Below, piece after piece: positions 28,711 through 37,822 of a stretch of DNA of 41,213 bases; the stretch's first letter is position 1, and each line of letters starts with the position of its first letter. The notes beneath the pieces were generated by a model. That model made no database searches and was not told where the DNA came from. It saw only the letters and a list, made by a program, of their open reading frames with translations. This DNA is from Candidatus Krumholzibacteriia bacterium (GTDB lineage Bacteria > Krumholzibacteriota > Krumholzibacteriia > WVZY01 > JAKEHA01). A program made the translations under genes and the position numbers. The stretch spans positions 1 through 41,213 of the forward strand of contig JAICFA010000002.1 in assembly GCA_025923935.1 (NCBI GenBank). Direction: 5' to 3'.

Positions 28711-30209
28711 CGTCCGTCCTCGGGACGCATGTGCGGAAACAAGATCACGTCGCGAATGGAGTGATTGTCGGTGAACACCATGGTCAGGCGATCGATGCCC
28801 ACACCCAGGCCGGCGGCGGGCGGCATGCCGTACTCCAACGCGCGCAAGAAATCCTCATCCAGGACCTGGGCTTCTTCGTCGCCGCGAGCACGATTCTCCA
28901 TCTGCTGCTCGAAGCGGCGCCGCTGCTCCAGCGGGTCGTTGAGCTCGGAGAACGCGTTGCACACCTCGAAGCCGCCGATGTAGCCCTCGAAGCGCTCCAC
29001 CAGCCCCGGCACCGAGCGGTGATCCTTGGCGAGCGGTGAAAGCTCCTTCGGGTAATCGTAGATGAATGTCGGCTCCTGCAATCCGGGTTCCACCAGCGCG
29101 CTGAACACCTCGTCGATAATGACCGACGCGGGTGCACCTTTTTCGACGTGCACCCCCAACCGCTTGGCGTGCGCCGCCAGCTCTTTTTCCGCGACACCGA
29201 AGAACTCCACGCCCGTCTTCTCGCGGAGTGCGTCGAAAAAGCGCAGGCGTTTCCACGGCTTGGTGAAGTCCATGGTGCGGCCGTCGAAGGTCGCCTGGCC
29301 GTTGGGTGTGAGCTCGCGTGCAACCTCGGCCACCATCGCTTCCATCATGTCCATGTAATCCATGTAGTCGAGGTAGGCCGCGTAGCACTCCATCATAGTG
29401 AACTCGGGATTGTGCGAACGGTCGATGCCTTCGTTGCGGAAGTCCTTGGAGAACTCGAACACGCGCTCGAACCCACCCACCAACAGCCGCTTCAGGTACA
29501 GCTCGTTGGCGATGCGCAAGTAGAGAGTCATGTCGAGCGCATTGTGGTGTGTCGTAAAAGGACGCGCGCTAGCACCGCCGTACAGCGGTTGCAGCACGGG
29601 CGTTTCCACTTCGAGAAAACCGCGCGCCAGCAAGAACCGGCGCACCGTCTCCACCAGCCGCGAGCGCTTGACGAAGACCTCGCGCACCTCGGGATTGACG
29701 GCCAGGTCGACGTAGCGTTGCCGGTAACGAATTTCCTTGTCGGTGAGGCCGTGCCACTTCTCCGGCAGCGGGCGAATCGACTTCGACAGGAGCTCCAAGG
29801 ACTCGACCTTGATGGTCAGCTCGTCGGTACGAGTGCGAAACACCGTCCCCACGATGCCGGCGATGTCGCCCAAATCGACGAGCTCGAAGCGGCGAAAGAC
29901 GTCGTCGCCCACGTCGTCGCGCTTGACGTAAAACTGAATCCGCCCGCTGGAGTCCTCGATGTGGCCGAACGCCGTCTTGCCGTGGCCGCGCAGCGCCATG
30001 ACGCGGCCCGCAACGCGCACGTGCGCGCCCGCCTCCGCCAGCGCCTTTTCCTGCTCGCGCACGGCGGCGACGGAATGCGTCACCTCGAAGCGATACGGAT
30101 AGGGGTTGGCGCCCGCGGCGCGCAGTGCTTCCCCCTTCTCGATGCGTGTCGCGCGCAGCTTCTCCAACCCGTGCAGCGATTCTTCGCGTTCTTCTTGTTC
30201 TTCGGCCAT
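28707..30209 (-). CDS. lysS: Lysine--tRNA ligase (class II)
   Basis: ORF 28707..30362 trimmed to ATG 30209 (MAEEQEEREESLHGLEKLRATRIEKG), 2 nt after the prfB stop. OB-fold N-domain and class II core. The prfB-lysS pairing is conserved, as in E. coli. Confidence 0.93.
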   Translation of the reverse strand: MAEEQEEREESLHGLEKLRATRIEKGEALRAAGANPYPYRFEVTHSVAAVREQEKALAEAGAHVRVAGRVMALRGHGKTAFGHIEDSSGRIQFYVKRDDVGDDVFRRFELVDLGDIAGIVGTVFRTRTDELTIKVESLELLSKSIRPLPEKWHGLTDKEIRYRQRYVDLAVNPEVREVFVKRSRLVETVRRFLLARGFLEVETPVLQPLYGGASARPFTTHHNALDMTLYLRIANELYLKRLLVGGFERVFEFSKDFRNEGIDRSHNPEFTMMECYAAYLDYMDYMDMMEAMVAEVARELTPNGQATFDGRTMDFTKPWKRLRFFDALREKTGVEFFGVAEKELAAHAKRLGVHVEKGAPASVIIDEVFSALVEPGLQEPTFIYDYPKELSPLAKDHRSVPGLVERFEGYIGGFEVCNAFSELNDPLEQRRRFEQQMENRARGDEEAQVLDEDFLRALEYGMPPAAGLGVGIDRLTMVFTDNHSIRDVILFPHMRPEDGR

Positions 30210-30211
30210 GA

Positions 30212-31316
30212 TCAACCCGTGAACTTGTGCAGGTACTCCTCGATCAATCCGTCCAAGTCGCCGTCGAGCACCGCGTGGACATCGCTCGTCTGCCAGTCGG
30301 TGCGGTGGTCCTTCACCATGGTGTAGGGGTGCAGCACGTAGGAGCGAATCTGGCTTCCCCACGCGATATCTTTCTGGTTTTCCATCATCTTGTTCTTGCG
30401 CGCCTTTTCTTCCTCGAGCTTGAGAGCGTAGAGGCGCGCGCGCAGAATCTTCATGGCGTTGTCGCGATTGCGGTGCTGCGAGCGCTCATTCTGCGACTGC
30501 ACCACAATTCCGCTCGGCAAGTGGGTGATACGTACCGCACTGTCGGTCTTGTTGACGTGCTGGCCGCCCGCACTGCTGGCACGGTAGGTGTCGATGCGCA
30601 GGTCGTCGTCGTTGATCTCGACCTCGATGTTTTCGTCAACCTCGGGGTAGACGAACACCGAGGCAAACGACGTGTGCCGGCGGTGGGCTGAGTCGTAGGG
30701 CGACAAGCGCACCAAGCGGTGCACGCCGCTTTCCGCCTTCAAACGACCGTACGCGAAGTCGCCCTTTACCTCCAGCGAAGCGCCCTTGATGCCGGCTTCT
30801 TCGCCGGGTGACGAATCCAGAATGGCCACCTGGAAGCCGTGGCGCTCGCAAAAGCGCGTGTACATGCGCATCAACATCTCCGCCCAATCCATCGACTCGG
30901 TGCCACCCGCGCCGGAGTGAATGCTGACGATGGCATTGCGCGCGTCGTCCGGCGAGGCGAACAGGGCGGCGGTTTCCTGCGCGGCCACCTCACCTTCCAG
31001 CGTTGCCAACTCGCCCGCGACGTCCGCCAGCACCGTGGCGTCGTCTTCCTCGCGTGCCATCTCGAGCAGACCGGCGGCGTCGGAGAGTTTTGCCTCCAGC
31101 GCGCGCAGCGGCTCCAGGCGCGCGCGCAACGTCTTCGATTCGCGCACCGCGTCGTCGGAGGTTTTCTTGTCGGACCAGAAATTGGGGTCGTTCATGCGCG
31201 CGTCGAGCTCGACTAGGCGCGCCGCGAGGGCGGGAGCGTCAAAGATGCTCCTTGAGTTTGCGGGTGCGCTCGGTGAGCGCGTTCAACTGATCGACGACTT
31301 CGTGCACGGCTTTCAT
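30212..31316 (-). CDS. prfB: Peptide chain release factor 2, requires a programmed +1 frameshift
   Basis: Frame 0: ATG 31316, MKAVHEVVDQLNALTERTRKLKEHL, then TGA (31241-31239). After a +1 shift at CTT-T-GAC the reading continues DAPALAARLVELDARMNDPNFW into ORF 30212..31195. Total 367 aa. GGQ motif SSAGGQHVNKT is present. The ORF track splits it into 31239..31622 and 30212..31195. Confidence 0.93.
31238..31253 (-). promoter_or_regulatory. prfB: prfB recoding site: SD-like AAGGAG, 3-nt spacer, CTT TGA C
   Basis: The minus strand reads AAGGAGCATCTTTGAC. This has the same architecture as the E. coli prfB autoregulatory +1 frameshift site. Confidence 0.9.
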
Positions 31317-31317
31317 G

Positions 31318-31941
31318 TCAGTGTTCTTTCTCGATGCGGGAGCGCGCGGCCTCCACGATGGCATCCACCTCCGCCCATACCGCGTCCAAATCCCGCCCAG
31401 TATCGACCACCGCATCCGCTTTGTAAAAGTGTTTTTCGATCGCAGCTTGGCGCGCCAAACGGTCGCGAATCTCGCCCTCCGAGTGGTGTCCTCTGGCAAG
31501 GAGCCGGCGCACGCGCTCTTCGGTATCGCACCGCAGCGCAAGCAGTAGATCGAACTCGAACGGCATAGCCACTTCGAGCAGGAGGGCCGCATCCACCACG
31601 ACCAGTCGCGCGCCCGAGCCACTCGCGGCTACGACGTCGCTCGCCACGCGCGCGACGATCCAGGGGTGCACGATGGCATTCAGTACCTCGAGGCGTGTTT
31701 GGTCGGCAAAGACGATGCGTCCCAATGCCCGCCGGTCGACGACACCGCCGACCACGACCGGAGCAAACTCCTCGGCAATGCGCCGCACCACAGCCGCATC
31801 TTCCAATACGTCGTGCGCAATCCGGTCGCCGTCGACGTGCACCGCGCCGTACTTCGCGACCAGATGCTCCGCGATCGTCGTCTTGCCGGTTCCCGAGCCC
31901 CCCGCGATTCCCACCAGCAACGTGCGCGTTTGCTTCGCCAT
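31318..31941 (-). CDS. coaE: Dephospho-CoA kinase
   Basis: ORF 31318..31941 with ATG start. P-loop VGIAGGSGTGKTT. About 207 aa. The stop lies 1 nt before the prfB ATG. Confidence 0.85.
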   Translation of the reverse strand: MAKQTRTLLVGIAGGSGTGKTTIAEHLVAKYGAVHVDGDRIAHDVLEDAAVVRRIAEEFAPVVVGGVVDRRALGRIVFADQTRLEVLNAIVHPWIVARVASDVVAASGSGARLVVVDAALLLEVAMPFEFDLLLALRCDTEERVRRLLARGHHSEGEIRDRLARQAAIEKHFYKADAVVDTGRDLDAVWAEVDAIVEAARSRIEKEH

Positions 31942-31943
31942 GA

Positions 31944-34736
31944 TCAGTGCGCCTCCAACCAGCTCGGGCCCGTCCCGATTTCGACCTTGAGCGGCACCGC
32001 GAGGGTGATGGCGTGCTCCATGGCGTCGCGCACCATCCCGGTTGCGCGCTCCACTTCGTCCAACGGGGCTTCGAATAGCAGCTCGTCGTGGACCTGAAGA
32101 ATCATGCGCGTCTGCATGCCGGCGTCGCGCAGTGCCCCATGTACCTTGAGCATGGCGAGCTTGATGATGTCGGCCGCCGTCCCTTGCACCGGCGTGTTCA
32201 CGGCGACGCGCTGCGAAAACGAGCGCAGGCCCGAGCTGGTACTGTCGATGTCGGGCAGGCGCCGCGAGCGGCCGAACATGGTGGACACCGCTTTATCGCG
32301 CCGCGCGTGCGCGATGGTGGTGTCGATGAACCGCTTCACTCCCGGGTACGAGCGAAAATAGCCGTCGATGAACTGGCGTGCCTCGTCGACCTCGATGTCG
32401 AGCGATTGCGCGAGTCCGCGTGGACCCATGCCGTACACGATGCCGAAGTTGACCACCTTGGCGCGGTCGCGCATCTCCGGTGTGACCGCGGCGGGATCCA
32501 CTTTCATCACCCGCGCCGCGGTGGCGCGATGAATGTCGGCGTCGTCGAGAAACGCTTGCCGCAGCGCCTCGTCTCCGGACAGGTGCGCCAGGATGCGCAG
32601 CTCGATCTGCGAATAATCGGCGTCGACGAGGACCCACTCGCGGTTGTGCGCAACGAAAGCGCGGCGAATCTCGCGCCCCTCGGCGGTGCGAATGGGAATG
32701 TTCTGTAAATTCGGCTCCGAGCTCGACAAGCGCCCGGTGGTGGCGATGGCCTGGTTGTAGGACGTGTGCACGCGACCGGTCTCGGGATGCACCAGGCGCG
32801 GGAGCGCGTCGACGTAGGTGCTCTTGAGCTTCACCAGTTGGCGCCACTCGAGCAGCATTGCGACGACCGGGTGGCTTCCCGCCAACGACTCCAACACATC
32901 GGCGTCGGTGGAAAAGCCGGTTTTCGTACGGTGCGCGGGCTGGAGCTTCAGCCGGTCGAACAGAACCTCGCGCAGCTTCGGTGTCGAGGCCAGATTGAAG
33001 CGCTCACCCACCGCCTGGAAGATGCGCTCCTCCAACGCCGCGATGCGTTCGCCATACCCGCGCGAGAGCTCCGACAAAAACACCACGTCGACTTTGACGC
33101 CGGTCATTTCCATTTCGGTCAATATCCGCGACAGCGGCATTTCGATCTCGTAGAACAAGCGGCGCGCGGCCGACGCGTCGAGCAACGGGGCCAAGCAGTG
33201 CTTGACGCGCAGCGTGAAGTCGGCGTCTTCGGCCGCGTACTCCACCACGCGGTCGAGTGCCACGCGGCGGATGTCTTTGCCGCGGTCACGCTTGTCGAAC
33301 AACGCCTCGAACGGAATCATGCGATGGTGGCACCAATCGAGCGCGAGCGCGTCGAGACCGTGGCTCTTGCGCGCCGGATCGAGCGAATACGACGCCAGCA
33401 TGGTATCGAAGCGGATACCGCCCAGTGGGAGCCCGGCGCGCGCCAGGACGATGGAATCGAATTTGATGTTCTGCCCGACTTTCGCGGGCTTCTCGGCCGC
33501 AAACGCCGCCGCGAGATGAGCGCGCACCGTCTCGATCTCGAGCCCCGGCGCGCACGGCCGCGCCAACAAACCGGGAATCGCACCGCTTAGGTCCTCTTCG
33601 ATCTCGCTCCACACCGGCACGTACACCGCGTCGCCGGGGGCGGTTGCAATGGCAATCCCCGCGAGGGTAGCGCGCATGGGGTCGAGGCTCGACGTTTCCA
33701 CGTCCACCGCGATCTCGTCCGCCGTGGCGATCCGGCGGGCGAGTTCCTGCAACGCTTCCGGCGTCGACACGCAGCGGTAGTGCGTGGGAATCTCGGGCGG
33801 GGCGGGGATGCGCATTTCCGCCACCTTCTCCGGCTCCGGAATGGGCGGCGGCGCATCCGCGCCGAACAGCTGCTCGTGCATGCGCTTGAACTCGAGCCGC
33901 AGCAGAATCTCGGCGAACGACTCGGTGCGGTGGTCGCGCCGCACCATTTCTTCCAGCTCGATCTCGACCGGCACGTCGGCGTGCAGCTGCACCAAGTCGC
34001 GCGACTGAAAAGCCGCGTCGCGCCCTTCCTCCAGGCGCGCCCGCACCGACGCCTTCTCAATCTCGCCCAAGCGGCGGTACACCTCGTCCAAGTTGCCGAA
34101 GCGCTGCAACAGCTCGGTCGCCGTCTTGTCGCCGATGCCGCGCACGCCGGGAATGTTATCGGTGGTGTCGCCGAGGAGCGCGAGGAAGTCCACCACTTGG
34201 TCGGCGCGCAGGCCCAGCTTGGCGTGCAGCGCTGCACCATCCATCTCGTTCTCCAACACCGCGCCTTTTCCGGGGCGAATCACGTGCACGCGGTCGTCGA
34301 CGAGCTGCAACAGATCCTTATCGCCCGAGACAATGTTGATCGGAACCTGGTCGCGGAAGCGCCGCACCAAGGTCGCGATGATGTCGTCGGCCTCGAAGCC
34401 CTCGGCTTGCAGCCGCACGATACGCATCGCGTCCACCGCTTCGAAAATTTGAGCGAGCTGGCGCGTGAGCCCGTCCGGCATCTGCGGGCGCTGCGCTTTG
34501 TAATCCTGATAGCGTTCGTGGCGAAACGTCGGCCGCGTGCCGTCGAAGACGACGGCGAGATGCTCGGGCGAGTACTTGGAAAGCAGCGAGAGCAGCGTGT
34601 TGATGAATCCGTACACCGCTCCGGTCTCTTCGCCGCGCGAATTGGAGAGCGGGCTGCCGGCGAACGCGAAGTAAGCGCGGTACGCCAGGGCGTGACCGTC
34701 GACCAGGAAGAGTGCCACGTGGCTACGCCCGCGCAT
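31944..34736 (-). CDS. polA: DNA polymerase I
   Basis: ORF 31944..34943 trimmed to ATG 34736, which overlaps the nadD end by 14 nt. An alternative GTG at 34718 lies 4 nt after the nadD stop. 5'-nuclease N-terminus ALFLVDGHALAYRAYFA. Polymerase motif A is DADYSQIELRILAH and motif C is QVHDELLFE. Confidence 0.93.
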   Translation of the reverse strand: MRGRSHVALFLVDGHALAYRAYFAFAGSPLSNSRGEETGAVYGFINTLLSLLSKYSPEHLAVVFDGTRPTFRHERYQDYKAQRPQMPDGLTRQLAQIFEAVDAMRIVRLQAEGFEADDIIATLVRRFRDQVPINIVSGDKDLLQLVDDRVHVIRPGKGAVLENEMDGAALHAKLGLRADQVVDFLALLGDTTDNIPGVRGIGDKTATELLQRFGNLDEVYRRLGEIEKASVRARLEEGRDAAFQSRDLVQLHADVPVEIELEEMVRRDHRTESFAEILLRLEFKRMHEQLFGADAPPPIPEPEKVAEMRIPAPPEIPTHYRCVSTPEALQELARRIATADEIAVDVETSSLDPMRATLAGIAIATAPGDAVYVPVWSEIEEDLSGAIPGLLARPCAPGLEIETVRAHLAAAFAAEKPAKVGQNIKFDSIVLARAGLPLGGIRFDTMLASYSLDPARKSHGLDALALDWCHHRMIPFEALFDKRDRGKDIRRVALDRVVEYAAEDADFTLRVKHCLAPLLDASAARRLFYEIEMPLSRILTEMEMTGVKVDVVFLSELSRGYGERIAALEERIFQAVGERFNLASTPKLREVLFDRLKLQPAHRTKTGFSTDADVLESLAGSHPVVAMLLEWRQLVKLKSTYVDALPRLVHPETGRVHTSYNQAIATTGRLSSSEPNLQNIPIRTAEGREIRRAFVAHNREWVLVDADYSQIELRILAHLSGDEALRQAFLDDADIHRATAARVMKVDPAAVTPEMRDRAKVVNFGIVYGMGPRGLAQSLDIEVDEARQFIDGYFRSYPGVKRFIDTTIAHARRDKAVSTMFGRSRRLPDIDSTSSGLRSFSQRVAVNTPVQGTAADIIKLAMLKVHGALRDAGMQTRMILQVHDELLFEAPLDEVERATGMVRDAMEHAITLAVPLKVEIGTGPSWLEAH

Positions 34737-35322
34737 AGAGGCGGTGGTGATCGATGTAGCGCGCCACCCCGGCCGGCACGTCGTCGCCAGCGCGCTCGCC
34801 ACGCTCGAGCCGGGCGCGCACCGCGGTCGAGGACACGTCGACCACGGGTTCTTCGAAGACAACCAGCCCCACGGCGCCGGTGGTGGGAGCGCGCATGGCC
34901 GCCCCCGTGCGCGGGAACACCACCAAGGTTGCCAGACGTGCAACCTCGGCGGGCTCGCGCCAGCGATTCAGCTCCGTCAAGCTGTCCGCACCCATGATGA
35001 AGAACACGTCGGCGCGGGTGCGCTCCCGCACCGCGCGCAACAGATCGACCGTGAACGACGGCGCGTGCGACTCCTCGATGCGCGTGATCGCCAGCGTGTC
35101 ATCCCCGGCGATGGCTGCTTCCACCATCGCCGCGCGGTGGGAGTACGCGCTCACGGGTTCATCGTGTTTGTGCGGCGGATCCGGCGCGACCGAAAAGAAC
35201 ACGCGATCGAGCCGCAGCACGTCGCGCGCGCTGCGCGCCATAGCCAGGTGTCCCACATGGGGCGGGTCGAAGGTACCGCCCAGAATGCCGATACGCGCGC
35301 CATCCCAGCGCTCCGCCGACAT
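34723..35322 (-). CDS. nadD: Nicotinate-nucleotide adenylyltransferase
   Basis: ORF 34723..35766 trimmed to ATG 35322 (MSAERWDGARIGILGGTFDPPHVGH). The ATG shares one base with the bamD TGA (TGATG). Confidence 0.88.
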   Translation of the reverse strand: MSAERWDGARIGILGGTFDPPHVGHLAMARSARDVLRLDRVFFSVAPDPPHKHDEPVSAYSHRAAMVEAAIAGDDTLAITRIEESHAPSFTVDLLRAVRERTRADVFFIMGADSLTELNRWREPAEVARLATLVVFPRTGAAMRAPTTGAVGLVVFEEPVVDVSSTAVRARLERGERAGDDVPAGVARYIDHHRLYARA

Positions 35323-36074
35323 CAATGCCGCACCTCCTTGATCTTGTCCTCCGCTTCTTTCTTCTGCGGTAGATCGCCTGGGTAGGCCAGAATTTGCGTG
35401 AACTGCTGAATCGCTCCCTCCGTATCGCCGCGATCGGCCAATATCTGCCCCTTGAGCAGCAGCGCTTCCGCCCAGTATTCGTTGTCCGGATATTCGCGAA
35501 TGATCTTTTCGCAATAGACCAGCGCCGCTTGCGGCTCGCGTTGGCGATAGTACCACTTGGCGGCCGTGTACGCCTTTAGCGCGAGGCGTTCGTTGATCTG
35601 ACGCACGTAGCTGCGCGCGTCCGCGGAGCGCGCGTGGTCGGGGTAGGTTTGCAAGAATTGGTTGAAGCGGCTCAGCGCTTCCACCGACTTCTGCTGATCG
35701 CGCGGGTATTTCGGCGCTTCCTCCCACGAGCACACGCCCAGCTGAAACAGCGCGTCGTCCACCCATTCGCTATAGCCGTAGTTGTTAATAACGAGCTGAT
35801 ACTCCACCGCCGCCAGCGGGTATTCTTTGGCCTTGAAGTAGCTTTCGGCGAGCTTGAACTGCGCGTAATCGGCGCGCTCGTGGCCCGGATAGCGCTCGAG
35901 GAATTGGGTGTAGAGGGCGGTTGCCTCGCGCTGCTTGCCGCGCTCGAGATAGTCGTCGGCGCGCTCGAGCACTGCGGTGGGCGAGGCGGGTACCTTCGGC
36001 ATGCCCCCCACGCACCCCATCATCAACACGAGTGCCACGGCGAGGGCCCCGTGCACTGCGCGAGGCGACCTCAA
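35322..36074 (-). CDS. bamD: Outer membrane protein assembly factor BamD-like TPR lipoprotein
   Basis: ORF 35322..36485 trimmed to TTG 36074, a TTGA overlap with the upstream stop. An alternative GTG is at 36056. Signal and lipobox (M)RSPRAVHGALAVALVLMMGC. YfiO/BamD-like repeats (YPGHERADYAQFKLAESYF, YPDHARSADARSYV, YPDNEYWAEALLLKG). Confidence 0.75.
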   Translation of the reverse strand: MRSPRAVHGALAVALVLMMGCVGGMPKVPASPTAVLERADDYLERGKQREATALYTQFLERYPGHERADYAQFKLAESYFKAKEYPLAAVEYQLVINNYGYSEWVDDALFQLGVCSWEEAPKYPRDQQKSVEALSRFNQFLQTYPDHARSADARSYVRQINERLALKAYTAAKWYYRQREPQAALVYCEKIIREYPDNEYWAEALLLKGQILADRGDTEGAIQQFTQILAYPGDLPQKKEAEDKIKEVRH

Positions 36075-36988
36075 CGCAGACCCGCCGCCTGGAGCGCCTC
36101 GATGCGCGAGCGCGCGCGCTCGACCACGTTGCCCGAGTCGCCGCGGTCGTTCTCGATGATCTCGCGGTATGCGGCGTACGCGAGACCGCTTTCGCCCATA
36201 CGCTCGTACGCTTCGCCCAGGACGAAGCGGCCCTTTTGCTGCAGCGAGCGATTCTTGGAGCGCGCCACCAAGCCCCCGGCGACTTGTACCGCCTTGTCCA
36301 GATTGCCGTCGTCGAGTGCGGCTTGCGCCTCCGCGTAGGTGATGTCGTCCAAACGCACCCACGCGTCGCGCGCAAAGCTGCCGCGTGGGTATCGCTTCAC
36401 CAAGGTCTCCATGGTCTCGCGTGCATCCTCCGGACGCCCCATGTTGGCGTAGCACTCGGAAAGATTGGCGAGTGCCATCTCGCACGCGGACGTGTCGGGA
36501 TAGAGCCGCACCGCTTCTTCGTACATGCGTGCGGCTTCGTCGAAACGCCGCTCGGTCAAGTACACGTCACCGACGGCGAATCGGCGCTTGCCCAGATCCA
36601 GTGACGGATCCAGCTCGGCGGCCTTCGCCAGCTTGCGCGCGGAGCTCACGTCGATGGGCCCGTTGCGCCCCTGCTCGGCCAAGAACTCCGCCGACGTCTT
36701 CGCCGTTTCCGGCTCCAGCAACGCGGCGCGTTCGAGAGCGGCGAAGCCTTCATGCAATCGTCCGCGCGCCACCAGCGCCAGTCCATAAGAGAGCTGGACG
36801 TCCGCCTGGCTCGAGTCCGAGCGCAGCGTGTGGCGGCCGAGGGCGATCACTTCCTCGTAGTCGCCTTTGTCGAACGCACGGTGCATCTCGCCCACCACAC
36901 CGCGCTCGCCGCACGCCAGTACTCCCGCCGCCAGCACGAGCAGCAGCCAAGGCGCGGCGCGCCGAACCGTGCAGCGGAGGTTAGTCAC
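36071..36988 (-). CDS. TPR-repeat lipoprotein, unknown function (305 aa)
   Basis: ORF 36071..36988. GTG start lies inside the last codons of the upstream gene (8-nt overlap) with no SD. Signal and lipobox RRAAPWLLLVLAAGVLAC. TPR-like repeats (RFDEAARMYEEAVRLYPDTS, GRPEDARETMETLVKRYPRGS). Confidence 0.7.
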   Translation of the reverse strand: MTNLRCTVRRAAPWLLLVLAAGVLACGERGVVGEMHRAFDKGDYEEVIALGRHTLRSDSSQADVQLSYGLALVARGRLHEGFAALERAALLEPETAKTSAEFLAEQGRNGPIDVSSARKLAKAAELDPSLDLGKRRFAVGDVYLTERRFDEAARMYEEAVRLYPDTSACEMALANLSECYANMGRPEDARETMETLVKRYPRGSFARDAWVRLDDITYAEAQAALDDGNLDKAVQVAGGLVARSKNRSLQQKGRFVLGEAYERMGESGLAYAAYREIIENDRGDSGNVVERARSRIEALQAAGLR

Positions 36989-37811
36989 TCTGATTCGAGA
37001 AGAAGAGATAGATGAGTCCGACGATGATGCCCGTCACGAAAACGGGCTCCGCGATCTTGCCCCAGTTGCTCCCGGGCAATACCGGACGCGAAAATTGATA
37101 CAGGCCCTGCTCGACGCGCGCGGAATCGCCGAAATCGAATTCGTCGGCGCGCTCGCGGGCCGCTTCTCCGACCCACAGCACGCGGCCGCTGCCGCCGTCG
37201 GTGAGGGTCGCGTGGACGCGCACGCCGGCGCTGCGCTTGACGTGCTTACCGCCCACCAAGTGGGAGCGGTAGACGTCGGGATACGAGATCCCGAAAGCTA
37301 CGTTCTGAAACGTCAGTACGAGATTGCCGGGGTTGTCGGTAGCCGGTGTGGTGGGCGCCTGCGTCATGCTGTCCTGCGCGCCGCCGCCCAAGTTGACGAC
37401 ACCCGTGCTTTCTGCCCCATACGGATTGCCGCCGGCGTTGCCGCTGTTGTTGCCGCCGGGGGGACGCGCGCCCGCTGTGGCCGGCATCGGCCGAGCCGGT
37501 GCCGCCAGCGCAATGGTGGTCACACCGCGCGCCGTGAGCACGTTCGCGAACACGTTTTGCACAAACACGTAGTCTTCGCCGGCGCCGAACGGGCGCAGCT
37601 CGATGGCGCGCTGGGCGGCTTGCGGAGCGAACTTGACGTACAGCTCCTCGACGATCTCGGTCGTCAGGATGGTGAGAAGATCGAGGTTGCTCGGGGGCGG
37701 CTCATTGGCCGCGCGCAACGGAACGGCACTCAGCCCGAAGGTGATGATCGCCGCGACTCCCGTCGCGCGAAAGGCAAGCCGTCGCCGGCCGTGTGGGTTC
37801 ATCCAACGCAC
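36981..37811 (-). CDS. Hypothetical envelope protein: N-terminal signal peptide or TM helix, P/G/N-rich insert, C-terminal TM helix
   Basis: ORF 36981..37826. Three possible starts: TTG 37826 (TTGA overlap with the rimO stop), GTG 37811 (7 nt after GAGGAG, preferred) and ATG 37802. N-terminus RRRLAFRATGVAAIITFGLSAVPLRA, low-complexity stretch ARPPGGNNSGNAGGNPYG, C-terminus IAEPVFVTGIIVGLIYLFFSNQSD. I do not recognise a family. Confidence 0.6.
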   Translation of the reverse strand: MRWMNPHGRRRLAFRATGVAAIITFGLSAVPLRAANEPPPSNLDLLTILTTEIVEELYVKFAPQAAQRAIELRPFGAGEDYVFVQNVFANVLTARGVTTIALAAPARPMPATAGARPPGGNNSGNAGGNPYGAESTGVVNLGGGAQDSMTQAPTTPATDNPGNLVLTFQNVAFGISYPDVYRSHLVGGKHVKRSAGVRVHATLTDGGSGRVLWVGEAARERADEFDFGDSARVEQGLYQFSRPVLPGSNWGKIAEPVFVTGIIVGLIYLFFSNQSD

Positions 37812-37822
37812 GTAACTACTCC

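Noticed and set aside
28707-30362. N-terminal extensions in the ORF track. Affected genes: lysS, nadB 10112..11983, lpxK 12629..13873, lpxB 14349..15722, mcsA 26179..26994, polA 31944..34943, nadD 34723..35766, bamD 35322..36485, bamA 20230..22590, spoVR 178..1806.
   Set aside because: The extensions are Arg/Pro/Ser-rich and overlap the upstream gene. They precede an internal start that sits within a few nt of the upstream stop and begins the recognisable conserved N-terminus. I therefore trimmed them.
31239-31622. 127-aa minus-strand ORF overlapping the coaE 3' region.
   Set aside because: Only its last 25 codons (from ATG 31316) are real. They are the frame-0 N-terminus of prfB before the +1 frameshift. 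The rest lies inside coaE in another frame.
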